Shown: one piece after another, positions 1 to 12,774 of the stretch
How the letters are laid out: each line of letters starts with the position of its first letter
How positions within the stretch are numbered: the stretch's first letter is position 1
NCBI RefSeq assembly: GCF_001194135.2
Contig: NC_068994.1
Location: forward strand, 20,714,269-20,778,268
Direction: 5' to 3'
Source: Octopus bimaculoides
Taxonomy: Eukaryota
Length of the DNA stretch: 64,000 nucleotides
Program-made: the position numbers and the translations under genes
The notes under the pieces: model-generated
Told to the model about the DNA's origin: nothing
Database searches by the model: none
Seen by the model: the letters and a program-made list of their open reading frames with translations, nothing else

Positions 1-225
1 CAACCAATCGTGACCGATGCCAGTACCCACTGACTGGCTCCTGTGCTGGTGGCATGTAAAAAGCACCCACTACACTCTCGGAGTGGTTGGCGTTAGGAAG
101 GGCATCCAGCTGTAGAAACATTGCTAGAGTAGATTGGCGCCTGGTGCAGGCGCTGGCTCTCCAGACCACAGTCAAACCATCCAACCCATGCCAGCATGGA
201 AAATGGACATTAAATGATGATGAAT
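1..225 (+). mobile_element. RTE-type LINE 3'-tail fragment ending in (ATG)n
   Basis: Carries GGTTGGCGTTAGGAAGGGCATCCAGCTGTAGAAAC ... CCAACCCATGCCAGCATGGAAAATGGACATTAAATGATGATG. The same tail follows RTE-like coding remnants at 8470-9070 and recurs many times in the window. Confidence 0.7.
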
Positions 226-1789
226 GTAAATAAATAGGCAATACATTTGACAAAGAAATTTGAATGCCAAACTGTTAAAGATGTTAGAAAGCTATATTAA
301 CAAACTGAGCAAATAGCTCCATGCAACCCATCTTTCTGATTTGTTATTATTTGATCATACCAAGAGATACATCAATCTGAATTTTCCCATAATGTTTTTA
401 CATTAATGTTGTTCACAGAGACGGTGCTACTGTTGCATGATACCTTTCATACATCATGTTTCTCATCATGACCTGAAATCTAGTATAGAAGATGACCACT
501 CGTTTAAATTCCTTCATCTGTACACTTTTATTGTAAAAGATGAACCATATTGTCAGTGACAACTATCTTTTAATGTAACAATCCTTTTGACTAGGCACAA
601 AAGTGATTTTAATAGGGAATTTATATCATCTATTAAATGGAACCTATAGTGTTTGTTCTGTATTTTTATTTTGGAATGCAGCTGTACAAAAATATATATT
701 GTAACCATTCCAACCAAATCACCACCTCTTATTGTATCAGCAGCAATTTAGGAATGATTTATTGAAAAACTGAAAGATAAAAAATAAAAACCATAGGGAA
801 AAAGAACACTTTTAAAAAGTATTTTCTGAAAGAAAATCTTATTTGTCTTTGTAAAGTTTAAAGATACGAATTGCATCAGTGAAAATGACTGTTTCCAAGA
901 AAACCTATTGTTAAGAAGATTGTTCTGATAAGGTTTAATGTTGTCAATTTGTGTTTTGATATGTAGTTGGGATTCTCTGTTCTGTCCAATTAAGAGAGAA
1001 TATTGATTAAGTGGTATCTAATGATTAATTTATTTGTATCTTCTGTAACAGTAAACATTTCTGTGAAAGATATTTAAAGTAGGCTACTTAATTGGATCCA
1101 TTGTATGCTTATTGACTTTCTTTTACTCTATTTATCTTTTATTGTATATTTGTCTTTTTTCTTTCTTCCTTCTCTCTCTTTCCTTCATAATTTATCTGTC
1201 TCTCTCTTTCTCTTTCAGGACTTAGTATTTTTGTGAGATATTCTCACTTTATCCTTTAGTTCTTCTATACTGCATAATTTTGATCTAAACTATCTTCAAA
1301 TAAAACATTTGAAAGGAAAAAAATGAAAAAGATATACCTTATTATGATCCTTATTTTGCCACAAATTTAAAGATTCTTTATTTTACACAATCCTTTGACA
1401 ATCTTTTTATAAAAATAAACTCTAAAATCATTGTTATTTATTTGACTTTGATCAAATCAATAGTATATTCCATCTCACCACTTTATTTACTGTTATTGCC
1501 TTTCATTAGATATTCAATCCTATTTTATTCACCAATTTCATTTATTTGTTCAGGGATCTTTCTTCCTCTGCTACACTACTCTATTCACCTCCCATTACCC
1601 ATTTATATCTAATAATCTATGCCATTTTTTCTTTCTTTTCTCTCACTCTTTTCCGTCCTCTCACTCAAGTTTCCTTTTATTTCCCTCCCTCAACCTCTTT
1701 CTCTGTTTTTGTCTTCTCTTTCTCTTTGTACACTTTTTCATCTTCTTCTTCCTCATTCCTGGTTTACTCCATGACTGTACACTAATAAC

Positions 1790-1990
1790 TAGAGCAAAAC
1801 AAGCAGTCTCTGTGTGGTTGCTCAACCTGCTAATAATAGCAACTAGATTTCTCAAAATCATTCTGCATTAAGAAAAGGGACAACTCAGTAGTCATTGATG
1901 TATAAAATAATGAGATAGTCATGGCTAGAATGCCTTTGACTACAGGTCTGATCAATCAGGACTAAGCAAAGGCTAAACAACAACAATACT
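1790..1990 (+). mobile_element. Interspersed SINE-like repeat with (CAA)n tail
   Basis: GGTTGCTCAACCTGCTA...GCTAGAATGCCTTTGA...CTAAACAACAAC. Related diverged copies near 23200, 27930, 29700, 46260, 47570 and 47990. Boundaries approximate. Confidence 0.55.
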
Positions 1991-2813
1991 AACCATAATA
2001 CAATCCAGTGCTTATAATAACTATAGAACATAGTCAAAGCAGTGGATATTTCTCTTTGGAAACATTGCCAGAGAGAGCTTTTCATGTTCCAGCAGAGAAA
2101 ACAAAGCTGTATTTTAATCTTGGAGCAGTGATGCTAAGCTGCCTCTGAGTAATAACATCTAAATGCCTCTATGACTGGTGTACTTAGAAGAAGACCTGCA
2201 GGAGAATTAGTGTTTTGTTGAATGAATAAGGTATTGGGCAAGTAAATGAGTTGTAGCTATTTTGTATCCTGTCAACAGTTATTTATTGTTTTCATGGTCA
2301 AGACAATTAACTTTCAATGTCCTAATCTCATAAATCTAAGCAGATACTAAAGGTTAAAACCTATAGCTGAATATCAGATTATAGCTCTTGGTGGTGTAGA
2401 ACAGATTAGTCTTAGATCTGTACTAACTGAATAATATAACCCACAGACTTGTAGTATTAACTGTACTAGTCAAATATCTCTTACATTTTTATTCCACTGC
2501 ATGGCACATTTTTGGCAAATGTCTTCTATTATAGCTCTGGGCCAACCAAACCCTTGTAAGCATATTTAGTAAGTTGAAACTAAAAGAAACCTATCATGTG
2601 TGTGTGTGTGTATGTATGTACTTTATTTGTAGATTAAGGCTACCATTGGTTTCAAAATGGAGATGAACACTGATGTTCCATGTGATAGACTTGATAATTG
2701 TTAAGGGCTTCCTTAAAATGAAACTAATGGTAGCCATAATCCACAAATAAAGAATCTTTATCCATCAATGTGATACTGAGCACTCATTCTCATTGTTTAA
2801 TATTTACAGATAT

Positions 2814-2844
<31 letters not shown>

Positions 2845-3893
2845 TATTTGTGTGTGTGTGTGCACATGCATGTGTTTGTGTTTATCCTCTACCACTACTT
2901 GACAATGGGTGTTGGTTTGTTTATATCCCTGTAACTTAGCAGTTCAGCAAAAGAGACCAATAGAATAAGTATCCCACTTTAAAAAAAATTATGTACTTGA
3001 GATTGATCTGTTTGACTAAACCCTCAGCATAGTCACAGTCCAATGACTGAAACAAGTATAATAATAATAATAACAATAGTAATAAAAGATAGAAGGTAAC
3101 TAACCAGTATTTCTCATGGGGATGGGCAGTGATTGCAAAGAGACATGATTAGTTAATGAACTTGTAATGTTTTAATTAAATCCTAGTGGTCTTAAAGTTT
3201 TCCAGCTTGTCCAACACCATGATAAAGAAAGGATTATATGGATGCTTAACCTTGTCTTCTTATTAGGAATGTATGAGTGTGGATAGGCTAAAAATTTCAC
3301 TAATGCATTTTTTAGTTGAGGAACTGGTATTTATCAGTCCTCAATATAACTTTCATCTACATTACCTGCACTAACCATACCATCACCATCACTTATATTC
3401 ATAACCTGTCACCACCACCACCACCACCACCACCACCACCACAACAACAACAACAACTTGTCTCATCATAACTCCCAACTTGTCTCCCTTTCCTTTTCAG
3501 CCACCTAATCATAACTTGCCCTGTCTATTCTTTTAATCCTTCCACTCCTGTTTTCATCCTACTCTGTCTTTCGCCTTCATAAACACTGCTTTCTCTCCAC
3601 TTCTTTCTCCAATCTGTTTACATTGGGTCTTGGAATGCTGTCATGATTCTTTTCTGCAGCTGATTGTTGCATGTTTTTTTTTTTATCCTTGGTTGTCATC
3701 ATAATAAACAAACATGTGTTCGATGACCTAAAACAATCAAACATTAAGCTTATACAAGCACACAAAGTTCTATAATATAGGACAGTGAAAATGAGCAAAA
3801 CTTTTTCAGTGTGTAGAAAAAGATTCTGCCTTGTCAGTATTGTCTAAAGTTCAATCTGTGTATAAATATATATATACATATATACATACACAC

Positions 3894-3933
<40 letters not shown>

Positions 3934-4071
3934 NNNNNNNNNNNNNNNNNNNNNNNNNNNNNNNNNNNNNNNNNNNNNNNNNNNNNNNNNNNNNNNNNNN
4001 NNNNNNNNNNNNNNNNNNNNNNNNNNNNNNNNNNNNNNNNNNNNNNNNNNNNNNNNNNNNNNNNNNNNNNN
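3934..4071. other. Assembly gap (N run) next to (TA)n
   Basis: Run of N flanked by a TA microsatellite. Confidence 0.99.
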
Positions 4072-4873
4072 TGTATAATAATAATATTAGGGAATGTATC
4101 CAAAACTTACAGGGAAAAATTCAATTTAGCAATTCTGAATCAAATTTCACAATATAAAATATGTATATAATCTAGAGAAAAACCACTATTAAATAATTCA
4201 ATAATGAAGAATGTAATTCATACCCTCTAGAAAAATAAATATACCATAAAAACCTTATTCCAAAAACCAATAAAGTACATAAAAGAATGACTAGTAAATG
4301 GTATAAAAATGACTATGCACGTTTCATGGCTATATTTTAAAATAGATAACTAATAAAACCAATTTGATTTATAATCAAATTGATCTACAATTAATTCTAT
4401 TCAAAAATATAGTCACTCTTCAGATCTAAAATAAAATGAAAATAAAGATAACAATAATAATAATAAAAAATCAATGTACGTATTGTAACTTATAGTAAAT
4501 ATCAAATAAATATATAAAAAAATACTTGTTTTAACAATAGATAAATAATCAAAAAATATTTAACAATATTACAAATGATTTTATTTTAAGTAATATTGTT
4601 AAAGGCAAATACACTGCAGTTACGATGGAGAAAAGTCTCTCTTATGCTAAGAAAGTATGAAAAAATCCTGTTCTTTCAGTGTCGCCCTCTCTCGATGTCT
4701 GAGACTCCTGAGAGTGGGCAATACTCAACAAACAGGGTGTTTTCACACCTTTTTACCACAAGAGAGATTTTTTCTCCACGGTAATTGCAGTGTGTTTGCT
4801 TTTAGCAATATGTGACAAACATATTTCAACTAACCTCAATTGTGATATATATGTATATATAGATATGTACATA

Positions 4874-5051
4874 GTGAAACTAATAGAATTTCAAGTTTTA
4901 AAAGTGAAACTATTAACATATATACAACGATGTATATATTACATGGTGAAACCAATATAAATGAAACTATTAAATGTGAAACTATTGAAAGTGAAACCAT
5001 GTAAAAGTGAAACTATTATATAACATTACAATAGAGATATTATTGTTTCAC
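4874..5051. repeat. Cluster of GTGAAAC motifs
   Basis: GTGAAAC at 4874, 4904, 4946, 4976, 4991 and 5007, ATGAAAC at 4961, and an inverted GTTTCAC at 5045. Confidence 0.8.
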
Positions 5052-5283
5052 TTTTGACATGTAATACTGACGCGATCTAAGAGATTGCTCTGGGCTCGCA
5101 TTAGGCAAGAAGTTAAAAATATTTTTGGCCCATGACACTCCATGAACCCTTAGTAATGGATATGTAAAACTTCAATGAAATCATTTGTGTAGTTCTTGAG
5201 TTTTAGTGATGCACACATACAGATACATAGACAGACAGACAGACACACTTTCTCAGTTTTATATGTATAGATTTATATATACA

Positions 5284-5321
<38 letters not shown>

Positions 5322-5517
5322 NNNNNNNNNNNNNNNNNNNNNNNNNNNNNNNNNNNNNNNNNNNNNNNNNNNNNNNNNNNNNNNNNNNNNNNNNNNNNNN
5401 NNNNNNNNNNNNNNNNNNNNNNNNNNNNNNNNNNNNNNNNNNNNNNNNNNNNNNNNNNNNNNNNNNNNNNNNNNNNNNNNNNNNNNNNNNNNNNNNNNNN
5501 NNNNNNNNNNNNNNNNN
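5322..5517. other. Assembly gap within (TA)n
   Basis: N run with TA repeats on both sides. Confidence 0.99.
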
Positions 5518-5644
5518 ATATATATATATATATATATATATATATCATCATCATTTAACGTCCGCTTTCCATGCTAGCATGGTTTTGCAGACGTTAAGTG
5601 ATGATGTTGATGATGATTCATATATATATATATATACATATATA

Positions 5645-5810
5645 TACAACGGGATTATTTCAGTTTCTGTCAGCCAAATCCACTCACAAGTCTTTGGTCA
5701 GCCTGGGGCTATAGTAGAAGACACTTGCCCAAGGTGCCATGCAGTGAGACCAAACCCAAAACCATGTGGTTGGGAAACAAACTTCTCACCACACAGCCAC
5801 ACCTGTGCTT
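5645..5810 (-). mobile_element. tRNA-derived SINE (family A), 5' part
   Basis: Reverse complement of the head seen intact at 56992-57430 (GCACAGGTGTGGCTGTGTGG...CTTGGGCAAGTGTCTTCTACTATAGCC...GTGGATTTGG). Confidence 0.8.
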
Positions 5811-6929
5811 ATCTACTATAATAATACTCTTCTGTTTTTCTCCGTCACAACATATGAATGAGAAAAGAAAGGGGTGATAGATGAATATGGAAGGAAGGGG
5901 TGATGGCAAACTTGGGTAGTGGGACGAACAAAATTCTACAGTGAAAAAAATATCAAACGACGTTTCAACTCTGTGTGAATATATGTGTGTATATGTGAAA
6001 TGGAGGTTTGTAAATGTTTGTTTGTGTGTGTGTGTGCACACACGCAATGGAAGTGGGATGGTGAACATTCAATGCTGCAAAGAAAAAATCAAACAGCGTT
6101 TCAACTCCGTGTGAGTGTATGTGTGTATGTGTTTGCATGTACAAGGGAAGTATATGAGCATTTGTATGTGTGAATCAGCGTTCTTTCAGTAACAAACAAT
6201 GATCGATGTCACATCTCAAAAGACAACCACTAGATAACATTGACAAGTGTATTAATTTGACTTATCATCCATATTCTATTCTGTATTTAGTCATGGCCAA
6301 CTTTGTGTGGCCTTAAGTCATACAAGAAGGAAGGAAAACTTTAAAATTCTTTTGAAGGAAACAGTCAAGGGATGTTAGTTGTGGAGAGATTTTTCACAAA
6401 AAATTTGGTAATAAAAGAATTAAACTAAAAATTTGGTTTTATACCTTATTTATATTTAAAATACTACAATTAACCGTCATTTTAGACCGCATGGAGCCAG
6501 CTAGTACATATATAAAACAGTCGTTTTTTTATTGTTTATGGTGTTATGTTTGTAGTTGTTTTCCTTCTTTTTTTCTCTTCTTCACTCAATGCTGATTGTC
6601 ACAGCTGACATAACAGTTATAATATTATCTGTTGTTGCTTACACAGTCAATAATACTAGTTGTCGTTGTTGTTGTCAATGTATGGTGCACAAAAGAAACT
6701 TTCTTTTGTGCTTGTCTGTTTGTATTTTTTTTATTGATTTGGTTTTTGTTTGAATTGAATTCCTGTTACCCTCATGTCAATATTGTTGTTGATCAGTATA
6801 TTCTGAATAGGAATATTAGAGTGATTCATGCTTCAAATTTTTTATGGTGTGGCTGATAGACTAGGTTACTGTGAAGCACCATTTTTCCTGCTTCCCAGTT
6901 AGAATTGTTACCTCTGAATTGCATTACAA

Positions 6930-7090
6930 GTGCAGGTGTGGATGTGTAGTTAAGCGCTTACTTCCTCACCATGTAGTCATAGGTTCAGTCCCACTGTGCA
7001 GCACCTTTGGCAATTGTCTTCTATTATAGCCCTGGTTGACCTAAGTCTTGTGAGTAGATTTGGTAGACAGAAACTGAAAGAAACTTGTTG
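6930..7090 (+). mobile_element. tRNA-derived SINE (family A), 5' part
   Basis: A-box-like GTGGATGTGTAG, B-box-like GGTTCAGTCCC, then CTTCTATTATAGCC...GTAGATTTGGTAGACAGAAACTGAAAG followed by (TA)n. Confidence 0.75.
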
Positions 7091-7092
7091 CT

Positions 7093-7151
<59 letters not shown>

Positions 7152-7279
7152 ATATAATAACTAAGATTCAGTTGAATTAAGTACTTAAGTTGAGGCACCA
7201 AGTCAGTCCGGTGTTATCCGCACAGTTTAATGTGAGGTGAATAAAAAGTAAATAAGTAAGAAGGATATCAAGTTCTTAG

Positions 7280-7366
7280 TGCATTATGGCCATTTCAAGC
7301 AGCTCCATTTAATCGAACAATGCAAACATTACATCAATTTGAAATACACCAGCATCTACAGATGCA
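7280..7366 (-). ncRNA. Decayed type I hammerhead-ribozyme-like motif (left IR arm)
   Basis: Minus strand reads TGCAT-CTGTAGA-[stem II region]-GAAA-TGGCCAT-A-ATGCA. The core and stem III carry substitutions consistent with CpG decay of ACGGCCGT. Confidence 0.5.
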
Positions 7367-8247
7367 TAAGCCTATAGAGGTTTTCAACATACAAGATATT
7401 CCATTATAATTTTTAGCAAATATTTCATCAGAACCAGAGAATGAAAGAATTACATGCTGCTATTATTGTAGCAGAATGAACTTAGGGAGAGAATACCCAA
7501 CTATGATTTGGAGTGGCAGAAGAAAATAACAATAGGGGTCATGAGATGGTAATATAGCTATAATTTTTATCTATCTCCTTATCACCATCAAAGAATCTAG
7601 CACAGCTAGTATACTACCTCCACTAAGAATTAAAACCACTGGGAATTGTGAGTTAATATCTAGCTGCTGATGATAAATTAATTACTGCTAGATTCTCTCC
7701 CAAACCCCTAATTTACTATGGCTATAGATTCCCTATGACCACAAAGAAACAAATCTGAGAAGAAGTCAGTAAGATAGTGGTAAATGCTCAGAAAGAGGGA
7801 GGGTAGCGGTGACATAAACTATTTTATTATTATGAGTTAAAGGGGCTTAAAATAGAAAACAAAGTATGTCATAATGAGATCTAAATGGGCATTAAGGGTA
7901 CAGGGAAAAGAAAATAACCAAAGTTTAGCTACATTTATATATTATTATATTTTGTATAATAAAAGGTAAAATTTAGAAAGGGATATAAGAACTGAGTAAG
8001 ATAAGAAGGGTATACTAACCAATTTAAGCCCTAAAAAAGTAGATTACTTTTATATAAAATAGAAGCTTCATAATACTTCATCTTAGCAATCTTTAAGGTG
8101 GTTTTCCTTAAGTTCATTTTGCTACAATAATAGCAGCATGTAATTCTTTCATTCTCGAGTTCTGATGAAATATTTGCTAAAAATTATAATGGAGTATCTT
8201 GCATGTTGAAAGGAGTATCTTGCATGTTGAAAACCTATGTGTTCTTA

Positions 8248-8334
8248 TGCATCTGAAGATGGTGATGTATTTCAAATTGATGTAATGCTTGCATTGTTCA
8301 ATCAAATGGAACTGCCTGAAACGGCTGTAATGCA
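8248..8334 (+). ncRNA. Type I hammerhead-ribozyme-like motif (right IR arm)
   Basis: Stem I TGCAT/ATGCA (5 bp), canonical core CTGAAGA, extended stem II GGTGAT...ACTGCC with an internal ATTGA/TCAAT and AATGC/GCATT hairpin, GAAA, near-palindromic stem III ACGGCTGT, cleavage triplet GTA. Confidence 0.65.
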
Positions 8335-8464
8335 CTAATACCTTGATGTCCTTGTTACTTATTTGCTTTATAACACAACACCTTGACCACATGTCTATGC
8401 CTGTACCTCTATTCATTTTTAATCTCTTTTATTAGTAGACCAGTTTCATCAGTAGATTAACAGT

Positions 8465-9072
8465 GTGTGTGGATGTGCAATGTAAGCGTACATATGTAAT
8501 AGAGTGCTAGTTTGCTGAAAAAAAAGTGAGGCTTAAGAGGAATTAGATGCAGTATGCAAGAGTGAAGACTGTACTGGCTTGGTGATGTGATGCAGATGGA
8601 TGTAGACAGCTCCATAAAGAAGTGCCAATCACTCATAAAGGATGAAATTCATGGAAGAGAGAGACATGGAACAAAGTACTGAAAGACAATCTCAGGACAC
8701 TGAATCTTACAGAGATGACAGAAGACTGGTGCCTTACTGTACTCTGTACTCAAGAAGACCTGTCCTTCACAGCAGAATTGTTAATGCTACTCCTCCTGCT
8801 GAAGAGGATTGACTTGCATGCTGGAACCACATAAAAAGTACCCATGCCAGCACCATGTAATAGTACCTGTATTGGTGTCACATAAAAGCACCTATGCCAG
8901 TGTCACATAAAAAATACCCAGCACACTATAACGTGGTTGACATTTGGAAGGGCATCCAGCTATAGAAACCAAGCCAAATCAGACTGGAACTTGGTACAGC
9001 TCTACTGCTTGTCAGTTTGTCCAACCCATGCCAGCATGGAAAGCGAACATTAAGTGATGATGATGATGATCA
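8465..9072 (+). mobile_element. RTE-clade LINE 3' end (decayed ORF C-terminus, 3' UTR and (GAT)n tail)
   Basis: Broken translation WMCNVS...RGIRCSMQE*RLYWLGDVMQMD...TWNKVLKDNLRTLNL resembles the RTE RT C-terminus. It is followed by GGAAGGGCATCCAGCTATAGAAAC and TAAGTGATGATGATGAT. Confidence 0.75.
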
Positions 9073-10919
9073 TCATCATCATCATCATTTCCAATTTCCA
9101 GACTATCAACAAAACTACAAGTGCTATTTTTATGTCGATATTATAAACAATAAATTATTAGATCACAAATCAGAAGATTCACAAACTTATACATCTATAG
9201 ATTCACTTCCAGACCCTACAAAGTTGTTAACTATCCTGTTGAAATTTTAAATTCTTTTGAACCTCCTGAGTTTCTACTACAATGATTTCTGTGAAAATCA
9301 GATGCCATCATCATAGAACTATGGCTTTGCAGTCAGTCTCAGCTGTACAAGGCACTAGACTGGTGGTTAAAAATTATTGCCTCATATTATTCAAACTACT
9401 TTTCTGAGTGGTTTTCCATAGAAGATGCTTTCATACCCAGAATAGCCATGGTACTGACTCAGTGTGTGTGTGTATATTCATAGCAAGTTATGTGTTATAA
9501 GACATACTTGCTATTCTAAAACTGGTCTTCAGTGTTTTTGTTGAATATCAATTATCTTTTTCAACAAAATTTCATTATTTACAGCTGAGTGGACTGGACC
9601 AATGTGAAATGAAGTGTTTTCCTCCTCAAGAACACAATGCACTACATGGTCCAGGAATCAAAATCACAATTTTTGCTATTGTGATTGCAACATCTTAACC
9701 ACTAAGTCACACACCTTCACAATGGGAGTGAGGTGAGTGGTTATACTCTCCCCACAAAATGTATTGTTTTGTGCCAGTGTTGGAAATCAATTATACATCA
9801 CTGCTTCTTTTTGCATTGGTGGACTTTACCACTGTATGGTACTTACTTAAAAGCAAGTGAAATTTGGTTCCTAATTAAGTCCTAACCTTGAATATAATAC
9901 AGCAGTGGTGATGGAATGCATAATACTAACTATGCAGCTGCTGGTTTCTCTCTCTTTTAACATAGAAATTGGTTCAATATCATATTTCTTAGTGTTTCAA
10001 TATTGAAGACATCCTAATTTTGACTTAAAAAAAAAAAAAAAAGTGGGTGGGATATAAACATAAAAAACAAGGTCTAAGCAATTTCACATATTTTACTGAG
10101 GTGCTTTGTTAGTGGCTTAGCAACAGAGATCCTGGTGGCCAGTTATATCCTGCATTTTTTCTTTTATGTTTAGGCACAGTAGTTTAGTATAGTTAACTCA
10201 TATCTGCAGTTCAAATTGGCTTGTGAAAAATGTAACTGTTGTTGTCCTCCAGGATGCAAGGTAAATTTTTAAGAGATATTTTGGGTAAAAAAAAAAGTAG
10301 TATTATCAACAATGGAAAATGTGGTGCTTCAACATAACATTTAATTTCTTTAGTCAGAGATATAAAATATTTTCACACATCAGTGATGGTCCTTTGTGGC
10401 CATGCCAGTGATGGTAGTAGGCAATATATCTGCTGATTTCAAATTTGTTCATAAATTTTCTTTCATTTATTTTTTTCTTTTTGCTCTACCATCACACCTA
10501 AACAGGATACATCATTGTGCTCTATTTGTCAAGATTTTATTGCTAATAACCTATCTTTAGCCCTGCCTCTTCCTCCACTCCCACTCATTCTTGAAGTTGC
10601 ATTTCTTTAACAGAAGTGACTGACTCATCTCCACTCAATATCTTTGACTCATCAGGACCAGTCAAGCAACCAAGACATTTAGTGAACTGTTCAGGATTCT
10701 CTAGTTACTTAATGACCATAAATTTATATTAGTCTTGGTATAAATGTGCAACAATTTCTGAAACCTTTGGTGAGAAACTAAATGAAAAAAAAAAAGATAA
10801 GAAAAGTCTTTGTAATTAGTAGTATTGAGAATATCTGTGAGTGTATAAGAGAGGGGGAATGAGAGAAATCTTGCATTTGAATTGTATGTATTACATAGAC
10901 CTTAGATATTAATAATTCA

Positions 10920-11115
10920 TTCTACTATAAGCACAAGGCCTGAAATTTTGTGGGAGGGAGCTAGTTGATTACATTGACACCAGTACTCAACTGGTACCTA
11001 TTTTAACAATCCCGAGAGGATGACAGGCAAAGTCAATCTCAGTAGAATTTGAACTTAGAAATGTAAAGCTAGAATAAATGCTGCTAAAATTTAGTTTGAC
11101 ATGTTAACAATTCTG
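10920..11115 (-). mobile_element. tRNA-derived SINE (family B)
   Basis: Reverse complement of the family seen at 51508-51740 (CAGTACTCAACTGGTAC...GGATGACAGGCAAAGTC...GAATTTGAACTTAGAA). Confidence 0.75.
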
Positions 11116-11136
11116 CCAGCTTGATGTAGAAACTGA

Positions 11137-11325
11137 TCATCATCATCATCGTCATTTAACATCTGCTTTCAAAGCTGGCATGGGTTGGACGGTTTGACTG
11201 AGGGCTGGCAAGCCAGAAGGTTGCACCAGGCTCCAATCCGATCTGGCAAAGTTTCTACAGCTGGATGCCCTTCCTTATGCCAACCACTCTGAGAGTGTAG
11301 TGGGTACTTTTTACATGCCATCATC
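11137..11325 (-). mobile_element. RTE-type 3'-tail fragment
   Basis: (CAT)n followed by TTTAACATCTGCTTTC...GTTTCTACAGCTGGATGCCCTTCCT...CCAACCACTCT. Confidence 0.75.
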
Positions 11326-11531
11326 ATGGATAAAGAAATCAAACTACATAAACAAATGGCAGCAAAACCGTTCGGAAATTAAATAACACTGACATATTCA
11401 GTAACAATAATAAATTTAATTTATCCTCGACAATTTTTAGTTTTACCAATTTTGAATATATCACTCCTGTTTAAAACTGCTTACCTACTTGACAATTGCA
11501 TTTCTAACTCTGCCTTAATGAAAGCTTTATT

Positions 11532-11690
11532 TCTTGGACTCATGTTTTTGTGCACAACAATGTTGTTAAACCTCTGTTAACAGCACCGTATGCAGGTCCT
11601 TTCTGTTTTCTTTCACGCATGGATAAATTTTTCACTGTAGACCTTAATGGTCATAAAGACACTATATCAGTGAATAGACAGTTTTCATAA
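11532..11690 (+). mobile_element. Gypsy/Ty3 LTR-retrotransposon integrase C-terminal (GPY/F) remnant
   Basis: Translates SWTHVFVHNNVVKPLLTAPYAGPFCFLSRMDKFFTVDLNGHKDTISVNR, matching the HVFV...PY.GPF...DT.S..R pattern of the integrase GPY/F module. The LTR could not be delimited. Confidence 0.75.
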
Positions 11691-12076
11691 AGAAAACTGT
11701 CCCTGTTCCCACTGCAGACAACACACACACACACACAGCATTACAAACATGGCCCGCACACCCACCTTTACATTCCATGACTACCATTGGGATCGATCAG
11801 GTACTGGACAAGGATTCTGAATTATTTTTCCAGTTTTTTTACTTAATTTTTGAGAGCAGTCGGGTTCATTTTTAGTATTCTTGTTTGTGAGAGCAGTCAA
11901 GTTTATTTCAGATATTCTCATCTTAAAAATCACCTCTAGCTAACCATTGAGAGGACGTCGGTATTGCCTTGGCAGAGGTTTGCTCTTCTTGTTGTTGTTG
12001 TTATTATTATTATTTATTATATCCTTCTAAATGCACCAATGATGGGATATAATACACATAAACGCACTCATGCACA

Positions 12077-12141
<65 letters not shown>

Positions 12142-12723
12142 TTGTGGTGTTTCTTATAACTCTATTGAATTGAATGCACTCAACTGAAGGGTAAATCAAC
12201 CTGGAAGATCCTATCCCTCTGTAAGGTATATCTGTTGAAGGATTTTAATCCAACACCAACAGGTAATAAACTCCTCTTTAGTTTTAATGTACTTTTAATA
12301 CATACATCAATGAATTGTACACTATTTAGCATCTGATTTAATTAATATTGTTGGCTCTGAAGAGAAAGGCTAGTTTTTGGGTTGCTTCCCTATGTTAAGA
12401 ATGTGCACTCATCAAGAAAGATCCTTGGTGGTAGCTGGTGTTCACATTTAAAGGCATGTGGTGCAATGGTGTTTTCTTAATATGAGTAGTACTTAAAGTT
12501 TTTTGCTGTTATGATTCCACTGGAGATGTTCCTGAAACCTCTTTTTCTGAAATCAATGTAGGTTTAATTTTGAAGTTAGATCAAACTTGTAACCTTTATT
12601 TCTAGAATATAAATGTGGCACAATTATTAAGAAGATTGAAACTATGCTTTAGAAATTAAAGTTTGAGATGTTTGTGCATACATACATAAATATAGCAAGC
12701 TTTAATGCATGCTAAAAATTGTG

Positions 12724-12774
12724 ATCTCTGTCTCTGTTCATTTCTGCTGCAGGTAAGGCACTAAAAAGTGCCTT
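12724..12774 (+). other. Polypyrimidine-CAG|GTAAG site: candidate recursive splice site or donor of an unseen exon
   Basis: ATCTCTGTCTCTGTTCATTTCTGCTGCAG|GTAAGG with AG at 12751-12752 and GT at 12753-12754, overlapped by an 8-bp hairpin AAGGCACT-AAAA-AGTGCCTT. Confidence 0.35.

Larger units (their letters stand above)
7242..8370. repeat. Long inverted repeat: arms ~7242-7497 and ~8097-8370 around a ~600-bp spacer
   Basis: The arms align as reverse complements, e.g. left GAATGAAAGAATTACATGCTGCTATTATTGTAGCAGAATGAACTTA versus right TAAGTTCATTTTGCTACAATAATAGCAGCATGTAATTCTTTCATTC. The right arm has an extra 21-bp tandem duplication (8191-8232). Confidence 0.92.

Noticed and set aside
1546-1785. 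F/S/L-rich, HT-, IY- and CV-repeat ORFs across the window (e.g. 1546-1785, 11964-12173, 34005-34229, 61342-61591)
   Set aside because: They are translations of microsatellites, pyrimidine tracts, SINEs or N-gaps and have no coding signature.
4695-4735. Possible hammerhead (CTGAGAGT...ACTC-AACAAAC)
   Set aside because: The core lacks a nucleotide, GAAA is absent, and no stem I or III was found.
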